In this document: positions 58,544 to 64,000 of the stretch, in pieces | Layout: each line of letters opens with the position of its first letter | Numbering within the stretch: the stretch's first letter is position 1 | Assembly: GCA_021824155.1 (NCBI GenBank) | Contig: JAKALN010000001.1 | Span: 64,015 to 128,014, forward strand | Length of the DNA stretch: 64,000 nucleotides | DNA from: a bacterium | GTDB taxonomy: Bacteria > Patescibacteriota > Microgenomatia > Levybacterales > UBA12049 | Direction of reading: 5' to 3' | Translations under genes and position numbers: made by a program | Notes under the pieces: generated by a model | Seen by the model: the letters and a program-made list of their open reading frames with translations, nothing else | What the model was told of the DNA's origin: nothing | The model's database searches: none

Positions 58544-58843
58544 ATGGATACCGACCTATTGGAAGTTTCAAAAGTTGCAAAAATAATCGGGAGCAAGTGG
58601 ACCATCCTCATACTCAACTCCCTTTTAAACGGGACGAAAAGGTTTGGCGAGTTGGAAAGAAGTGTTGGAGATATAAACCCAAAGACTCTTTCCAAAAGGC
58701 TTCAGGAATTGGAAAAAGAAGGATATATCAAAAAGAAAATATATGCCCAGGTTCCTCCAAAAGTAGAATATTCCCTAACCCCGAAAGGCCATGTTTTTAA
58801 ACAGGTCATCAGGTCTGTTCGAACCTGCGGAGAACAAATATAA
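58544..58843 (+). CDS. HxlR/DUF24-family winged-helix transcriptional regulator
   Basis: ~100 aa counted from ATG 58544. GSKWTILILNSLLNGTKRFGELERSVGDINPKTLSKRLQELEKEGYIKKKIYAQVPPKVEYSLTPKG is the HxlR signature. It is divergent from the FMN reductase gene. Confidence 0.8.
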   Translation: MDTDLLEVSKVAKIIGSKWTILILNSLLNGTKRFGELERSVGDINPKTLSKRLQELEKEGYIKKKIYAQVPPKVEYSLTPKGHVFKQVIRSVRTCGEQI

Positions 58844-58917
58844 ATTTTCCATCAATTATCTTCTATTTAATTCTGCCGTTTATTTGAAAAATTTTATTTA
58901 TGTGTTAATCTAAGGTT

Positions 58918-59370
58918 ATGGCACAATCTTCCATAGAAACGATAAAAAAAGAGTTCCCCGTTAAGAATGTGAATGCAATCCACCGAGAAAGATTGTCTAA
59001 GATGGACAAGCTCGCGCTCTTTGTAACAGAAAAAATAGGAACAATGGGATTTTTCTTCATTATTTTTGCATGGACGCTAATTTGGCTCTCCTGGAATGTT
59101 CTTGCGCCAATAAATTTAAGGTTTGACCCTTATCCGGCTTTTGTTTTGTGGCTTTTTATATCAAATTTAATACAAATTCATTTAATGCCCCTTATTATGG
59201 TTGGCCAAAACATACAGGGAAAACATGCGGAGCTTCGGTCCGAACACGATTTTGAAACCGATAAAAAAGCGGAAAAAGAAATAGAAGCAATACTAACCCA
59301 TTTAGAGGACCAGCAAAAAATAATGATTGATATACTTAAAAGAATGGAAAAACTCGAATTAAGAAAATAA
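58918..59370 (+). CDS. DUF1003-family membrane protein
   Basis: 150 aa with 2 TM. IMVGQNIQGKHAELRSEHDFETDKKAEKEIEAILTHLEDQ matches the conserved DUF1003 core. Confidence 0.7.
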   Translation: MAQSSIETIKKEFPVKNVNAIHRERLSKMDKLALFVTEKIGTMGFFFIIFAWTLIWLSWNVLAPINLRFDPYPAFVLWLFISNLIQIHLMPLIMVGQNIQGKHAELRSEHDFETDKKAEKEIEAILTHLEDQQKIMIDILKRMEKLELRK

Positions 59371-59901
59371 TCAGCGGCTTTGCTCTTTAAATCTTCTTAA
59401 GACGTTGTCTCTCGGAAGGCTCCTGTCCAAAAGACTTACAAACCTTCTTTCTTCTATCGGATTTCCTTTTCCGTCTTCTCTTTGCACAATAACTTCTATA
59501 AAAGGTCCGTATTCTGTTGTACCTATTTTTTTAATTATTTCCTCTTTTCTCTTCCCCGGTCCAATAGATCTGTCGGAAACCCTCAAATCATCTTCAAACT
59601 GAAGCATTTCCCTTCGGAAATCTTCGGCTTGTGAAGGATTATGCGGTAATACCGGATTTCCGTTCCCGTCGTATAAAGATCTGTACAGAACTGTTCCTCG
59701 TCTAAACCTAAGCGTTCTCGGTTTTTTTCTCTCCGCAGCAGGAGAAGCTTCGGATCTTGCAGGAAGCTCTGCAGGCCTTTCCTGGCTGTCCGAATCAAAT
59801 AAACCAGGCGGCCTTCTTGCTCCGGGGTCTACCCTCGGATCTCCATAATGAGGATGGCTTAATATTCTGTCTTTTTCATTTCCCATAGATTGATTATACA
59901 T
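59371..59901 (-). CDS. Hypothetical protein with a low-complexity Arg/Pro/Asp-rich N-terminal half, in a locally GC-elevated segment
   Basis: 176 aa with no TM segment and no recognisable motif. The composition is atypical for this window. Confidence 0.4.
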   Translation of the reverse strand: MYNQSMGNEKDRILSHPHYGDPRVDPGARRPPGLFDSDSQERPAELPARSEASPAAERKKPRTLRFRRGTVLYRSLYDGNGNPVLPHNPSQAEDFRREMLQFEDDLRVSDRSIGPGKRKEEIIKKIGTTEYGPFIEVIVQREDGKGNPIEERRFVSLLDRSLPRDNVLRRFKEQSR

Positions 59902-59955
59902 AATTAAGTCAAGTAAGTAATTGAAATAAAGGTGATATTCGGATACGATAAGATT

Positions 59956-60960
59956 ATGCTGCCCGTTGATGCATTATCCGTCGGAAACGCAACAATTGAC
60001 GTATTTCTGACAATAGATGAAAAAAATCCCCATGTAAAACTTGACAAAGAAACAAATGAGCTGCGTTTTGGCCATGGAGAAAAAATAGAAGTTAAAAAAT
60101 ATGATTTATCAATAGGAGGAAACGCCGCCAATGTAGCGGTGGGTATTTCAAGGCTTGGTTTTAAAAGCGGACTTGTAGCAGAAATAGGGAAAGACGAGTT
60201 TTCCCAAAAAATAATAAACTCTCTTGCAAAAGAAGATATAGATCTGGAATTGGTCAGACAGATAGAAAGTGAGGCTTCTTCTTTATCGGTTGGAATAAAT
60301 TTTAAAAGTGACAGAACTCTTTTTGTAGAACACGTTAAAAGAGAACATGGTTTTGAATTTGAAGGTAAAAAAACAAAGATTCTTTTCCTTACAAGCCTGG
60401 GATCTGTTTGGGAAAAAGCCTATGAAAAAACTCTTAACTTCATTTTGGATAACAATATTGAATTATTTTTTAACCCTGGAACTCTGCAGATAGAAGACAG
60501 GGGAAATCTTATCTGGAAAATCATTTCCCATACAAAAATCCTTTTCGTAAATAAAGAAGAGGCCGAAGAACTTCTTTATGGAAAAGAAATAAAATTGCCT
60601 TCGGATTCGCAAAATTACGTCAAAAAAATGCTCTACGGATTAAAGAGCCTTGGTGCGAAAATTATAATAATAACAGACGGACAAAACGGGTCTTACTTAA
60701 TGAATGAAAAGCACGAAACTTATTTTTTAGAGGCTTTTAAATGTGAAATTGTAGAAAAAACAGGTGCGGGAGACGCATACACTTCGGGGTTTATAGCGGC
60801 CGCTCTTAAAAATGAGCCTTTGGTTGAGGCAATGCGTTGGGGGGCTTTTAACTCTTCCGCCGTTATTGGCAAAATCGGAGCACAACAAGGCCTTTTGACA
60901 AAAGATGAAATGATGGAAAAGATTAGATCTAACGAGGAATTCAAAGTCCGGGAAGTTTAA
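59956..60960 (+). CDS. PfkB-family (ribokinase-like) carbohydrate/nucleoside kinase
   Basis: ~334 aa counted from ATG 59956; an alternative GTG lies at 59932. It has the GG motif SIGGNAANVAVG and the C-terminal TGAGDAYTSGFI motif. Confidence 0.8.
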   Translation: MLPVDALSVGNATIDVFLTIDEKNPHVKLDKETNELRFGHGEKIEVKKYDLSIGGNAANVAVGISRLGFKSGLVAEIGKDEFSQKIINSLAKEDIDLELVRQIESEASSLSVGINFKSDRTLFVEHVKREHGFEFEGKKTKILFLTSLGSVWEKAYEKTLNFILDNNIELFFNPGTLQIEDRGNLIWKIISHTKILFVNKEEAEELLYGKEIKLPSDSQNYVKKMLYGLKSLGAKIIIITDGQNGSYLMNEKHETYFLEAFKCEIVEKTGAGDAYTSGFIAAALKNEPLVEAMRWGAFNSSAVIGKIGAQQGLLTKDEMMEKIRSNEEFKVREV

Positions 60961-61697
60961 CTTACTTCCAGCATTGTTCTTATTAAGGGCTGGCCTACTA
61001 TCGGAAATTTAGCCATAAATCCTATTCCTTCGGATTCTTTATAAGGCAGTCTTAAAGACGTTGATATTGCAGCGGTCTGCGCATAATCGTTGCCGTTGGG
61101 AATTGGCAATATCTGAGTAATTCCATCTGCTCCCTTTAACATTTGGACCGGAGGCAGTTTTTGAACAAGTTCTGACGTTTGTCTCCTGAAAACCTCCGCT
61201 TCAGGTGGATATTCCCTTCCGTCAAACCGTGCTTTTATTGACTTAAAACAAATTTCAATTTCCCGTAATGCCTCCATACTATAACCCCGTCCTGTATCCA
61301 GAACATGTTTTACCATTGAATAGGTTCGTGGGTACATAATCTCCATCGACCTTGCTGTCTTTGCGCCGATAGATGCCAAAACTCTGACTATTTCCTCCGG
61401 AGTCATTCCGCTTCCTACAAAATAGCCTTCCCACCCTGTATGCGGTATTGTTAAACCCGTATTTTCGTCCACAATAAAAGACCCTGTTATTAAATTGGCT
61501 CTGTTATATCTAACTGCTTCCCACCTTTCATAAGGATCACTGTAAGTTTGAGAAGCATGACCTATTAGGTTTTGTGCTTGTTTTTCATCGCCTTTTGTTA
61601 CTGAAGATAATAGATGGGCAATCGGAAGTGTTTCTGTTACCGTGCGGTATAGAGGATTTTGAACCACCTCTACTCTTTGATATTCGGGACCGAGCAT
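60957..61697 (-). CDS. Hypothetical protein, GC-elevated
   Basis: 246 aa and soluble. I could not assign a family. Confidence 0.45.
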   Translation of the reverse strand: MLGPEYQRVEVVQNPLYRTVTETLPIAHLLSSVTKGDEKQAQNLIGHASQTYSDPYERWEAVRYNRANLITGSFIVDENTGLTIPHTGWEGYFVGSGMTPEEIVRVLASIGAKTARSMEIMYPRTYSMVKHVLDTGRGYSMEALREIEICFKSIKARFDGREYPPEAEVFRRQTSELVQKLPPVQMLKGADGITQILPIPNGNDYAQTAAISTSLRLPYKESEGIGFMAKFPIVGQPLIRTMLEVS

Positions 61698-61768
61698 AAT
61701 TTTATTATAACACTAAATATTAAAGTGTCAATAACTATAGGGCTTAAATTACGGGAAGATATGGGAAA

Positions 61769-62101
61769 TTAAATAAAATTGTGAACCAAGGAATTGACAA
61801 CAGATAAAATGATGCCGAAAATTAGAGCCCAAAGAAAACCATCTACAACAAACCCCGGAACAAGATAGCTTGCAAGAAGAATAAGCAGAGCATTAATTAC
61901 AAATGTAAAAAGGCCTAGTGTAATTAAATTTATAGGCAGGGTTAGTATAACCAATACAGGTTTTATAAACGCATTAATAATACCGAGTACCAAAGCCGCA
62001 ATCAGGGCAGTAGTAAAATTTGCAATATGCACTCCGGGAAGAAAGTAAGAAATCCCGAAGATTACAATTGCGTTTATAACCCAATTTATAAGTATTCCCA
62101 T
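61769..62101 (-). CDS. 4-TM membrane protein of the phage holin superfamily IV (PF04020-like)
   Basis: 110 aa. The pattern is ...YLVPGFVVDGFLWALIFGIILSVVNSL, with LTLPINLITLGLFTFVINALLIL in the middle. Confidence 0.7.
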   Translation of the reverse strand: MGILINWVINAIVIFGISYFLPGVHIANFTTALIAALVLGIINAFIKPVLVILTLPINLITLGLFTFVINALLILLASYLVPGFVVDGFLWALIFGIILSVVNSLVHNFI

Positions 62102-62145
62102 TATTTAATAATTATACATCTATTTCTATCTATTAACATTAAAAT

Positions 62146-62781
62146 TTATTCAACCGTTTTATAACCTTGAGTTTCTAAGATACTGAATTCTATACCGTCT
62201 GTTAAAACCTTAAAGTAACCTAAATTTTCAAACGGATTAGGATCTCCAAATAAATTCGAATAATGAGCCATCTTTATACTTATAAGAAAATAAAGCATTA
62301 ACCCCCCATGTGTCAGCGCAAGTATTGTTTTGCCGCTATTTTCTTTTGCCGTTAAACTACAGAATTTTTTGAACCTTTCCACAACATCCTGGGCACTTTC
62401 CATTTCCGGTGTAAATTTATATCTTAGTTTTTCCCCGTCGCTTAAAGCGGTAAATTTGGAAGTATTTCCTATTTTTTCCTCTGCCTGCGGTATGGTTAAA
62501 TTTTCAAATGACGCTATGTCTCTTTCCCTTAACAGTTTTTCTTTTATAACTTTTTTATTTTGTTTTTCCGCGATAATTCCGGCTGTTTCAAAAGCTCTTT
62601 TTAAATCGGAAGAATAAATTAAATCTATTTTTTTCTTTTTAAATAAATCTCCTGCTTTTTCTGCCTGAGCTTCTCCAACTTTTGTTAAAGGAACATCTAA
62701 TTGTCCGAGTAAAACATTATCTTTATTTCCTTTTGCCTGTCCGTGTCTTACAACATAAATAACGCATTGATTACTATTCAT
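62146..62781 (-). CDS. Histidine phosphatase family protein, phosphoglycerate-mutase-like
   Basis: 211 aa. VIYVVRHGQAKGN is the RHG motif, and LTHGG the second catalytic His. Confidence 0.8.
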   Translation of the reverse strand: MNSNQCVIYVVRHGQAKGNKDNVLLGQLDVPLTKVGEAQAEKAGDLFKKKKIDLIYSSDLKRAFETAGIIAEKQNKKVIKEKLLRERDIASFENLTIPQAEEKIGNTSKFTALSDGEKLRYKFTPEMESAQDVVERFKKFCSLTAKENSGKTILALTHGGLMLYFLISIKMAHYSNLFGDPNPFENLGYFKVLTDGIEFSILETQGYKTVE

Positions 62782-63278
62782 TAATTAAGGACTACTATAA
62801 ATAAATTTAACAAAAATGCAAAACTAACCCATAAAATATATGGAGTTAAAATAATTCCCGCAGGTTTTGAAACTTTATAAAAGTTAAACATTGTAAATAA
62901 AATACTTATCCAAAGAAGAATAATTTCGAATAATGCAATTTTTGGGGAATGCAAACCAAAAAAGATTAAGGTCCACAAAAAATTTAAAATAAGTTGAGCT
63001 GAAAAATATAATAATGGAATCCTATTCTTTCCGCCCTTTACCAAAATATAGTATAATGAAACCCCCATTAAAAGATATAAAATCGTCCAAACCGGACCGA
63101 ATATCCAATTTGGAGGATTAAAAAAAGGTTTATTAAGAAACATATACCAAGACGAAATTGAATTGAACGTAAAAATAGAACCGGATATTCCGACAACCTC
63201 ACATATAAAAACTGAGGTAATTAATTTATAAAATTTATTCACTAAGTTTAGTTTAAAGGAATAATATATTTTATTCAA
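62781..63278 (-). CDS. tspO: TspO/MBR family tryptophan-rich sensory protein
   Basis: 165 aa with 5 TM. It has NPPNWIFGPVWTILYLLMGVS and conserved Trp residues. Confidence 0.85.
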   Translation of the reverse strand: MNKIYYSFKLNLVNKFYKLITSVFICEVVGISGSIFTFNSISSWYMFLNKPFFNPPNWIFGPVWTILYLLMGVSLYYILVKGGKNRIPLLYFSAQLILNFLWTLIFFGLHSPKIALFEIILLWISILFTMFNFYKVSKPAGIILTPYILWVSFAFLLNLFIVVLN

Positions 63279-63293
63279 TAATAATACAACGAT

Positions 63294-63677
63294 ATGACAA
63301 ATAATCTAAAAATAATTTATAACGCTTTTGACGGCAAACTTGTCGGAAATTACCATATGAAAAAAAACGTGTGTGAAATCTTAATAAAAATGCCCGAAGA
63401 GGTCATTAATTATACAACAAAAAATTGCTGGTTTTTTGCTTCTATGGAGGACGCATGGGCTTTTACCTTTAGAGGAAACGACCTTTTGGACCAACATCTT
63501 ATTTTTTTAAGCGACGAGCTTTTGCAGCAGGACCAAAACCAGATACAATATACAATAGCCCATGAAATTGGACACGTGATTCTCGGACACAGAAATTCAA
63601 TTTTAAAAAAACAAAGTAAAATAGAGATTAAAAGACAGGAAAAACAGGCGGACGAGTTTGCGGAAAAATTTTTATGA
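63294..63677 (+). CDS. Small HExxH zinc-metallopeptidase-like protein, ImmA/IrrE- or DUF955-like
   Basis: 127 aa. IAHEIGHVILGH is a zincin HExxH motif. Confidence 0.55.
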   Translation: MTNNLKIIYNAFDGKLVGNYHMKKNVCEILIKMPEEVINYTTKNCWFFASMEDAWAFTFRGNDLLDQHLIFLSDELLQQDQNQIQYTIAHEIGHVILGHRNSILKKQSKIEIKRQEKQADEFAEKFL

Positions 63678-64000
63678 ATACAGAAATAATAACATTGGCC
63701 GGAGGATGTTTTTGGTGCACGGAAGCAATCTTTAAAAGACTAAAGGGCATATTATCCGTAACCCCGGGTTATGCGGGAGGAACTATAAAAAATCCAAGCT
63801 ATGAACGGGTTTCTGCAGGAAAAACAGGACACACGGAAAGCATACAGATAGAATTCGACCCTAAAATAATAACTTTAGAAAAAATTCTTGAAGTTTTTTG
63901 GCATACACATAACCCTACAACTTTAAACCAACAGGGAGCCGATATTGGCCCTCAATACCGCTCTGTAATTTTTTACGCTAATGAAAAACAAAAAGAAATA
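63674..64000 (+). CDS. msrA: Peptide methionine sulfoxide reductase MsrA; partial, runs past the window's right edge
   Basis: The ATG at 63674 overlaps the upstream stop (ATGA). Translation gives MNTEIITLAGGCFWCTEAIFKRLKGILSVTPGYAGG..., containing the GCFWC active site. It is missing from the ORF track because it is truncated. Confidence 0.88.
   Translation, partial: MNTEIITLAGGCFWCTEAIFKRLKGILSVTPGYAGGTIKNPSYERVSAGKTGHTESIQIEFDPKIITLEKILEVFWHTHNPTTLNQQGADIGPQYRSVIFYANEKQKEI

Noticed and set aside
60957-61697. An ADP-ribosyltransferase assignment (STS ... ESE motifs) for the 246-aa protein
   Set aside because: The STS and ExE motifs are only ~9 aa apart, far too close for the R-S-E ART fold. 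It stays hypothetical.

Overview
This 64 kb window looks like a compact, AT-rich bacterial chromosome segment. The gene style fits a Candidate Phyla Radiation / Patescibacteria-type organism: many GT-C glycosyltransferases, Pro/Thr-linker surface proteins, a T4SS-type pilin with a VirB6/TrbL-like partner, and minimal housekeeping genes. That lineage call is an inference from gene content only. Coding density is high, with many 1-4 nt overlaps between adjacent genes. I found no rRNA, tRNA, CRISPR array, transposase or integrase.

Recognisable core genes:
- Cell division and RNA turnover: ftsK (partial, runs off the left edge), then a minus-strand operon rpsO-pnp-(Lon-like AAA+ module)-rnj.
- Translation and transcription: infB, nusA, metG, lepA, rpsT.
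- Chaperones: hrcA-grpE-dnaK-dnaJ, groES-groEL, and a canonical clpC.
- Cell wall and metabolism: ddl, murJ, tpiA, a UvrD/PcrA helicase, FemAB, an LCP ligase, TatD, MazG, and msrA (partial, runs off the right edge).

Things worth a second look:
1. A membrane-anchored Clp/Hsp100 paralog whose first ATPase domain has degenerate catalytic motifs, co-operonic with a small polytopic membrane protein. Two GC-rich hairpins sit upstream and one sequesters the SD.
2. A CPR-type T4SS pilin plus a VirB6/TrbL-like polytopic protein carrying exact 33-nt internal direct repeats.
3. A near-consensus promoter driving a leaderless 21-codon Lys-rich ORF with embedded terminator hairpins, upstream of a small protein and an APH/MPH-like kinase. 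This is attenuator-like.
4. Perfect heptanucleotide x4 tandem repeats inside two membrane-protein genes, one a GT-C glycosyltransferase. These are candidate slipped-strand phase-variation switches.
5. A surface-glycan cluster: GT2, GT-C, a WecA/MraY-like enzyme and a UbiA-family polyprenyl-phosphate phosphoribosyltransferase-like enzyme. Further along is a three-gene GT-C block plus an LCP ligase.
6. Two surface proteins sharing a C-terminal L-x-P-x-G ... GPD ... TM ... FAL-COOH tail, which looks like a sorting signal.
7. An oxidative-stress operon: NADPH-FMN reductase, Ni-SOD, its SodX maturation protease and a methyltransferase. Its leaderless divergent promoters are embedded in a perfect 12-bp inverted repeat shared with an HxlR-type regulator gene.
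8. CIRCE-like operators upstream of hrcA and groES, and a 28-nt repeat carrying a CIRCE half-site-like TAAGCACT next to groEL and next to the Lon-like gene.
9. A consensus promoter overlapped by a perfect CRP/FNR-type TGTGA-N6-TCACA palindrome.
10. A standalone Lon AAA+ module with no protease domain, and a DHH-family protein whose catalytic motifs are degenerate.

Many start codons are uncertain. The ORF track accepted TTG and GTG starts that fall inside promoter elements, and I adjusted several of them.
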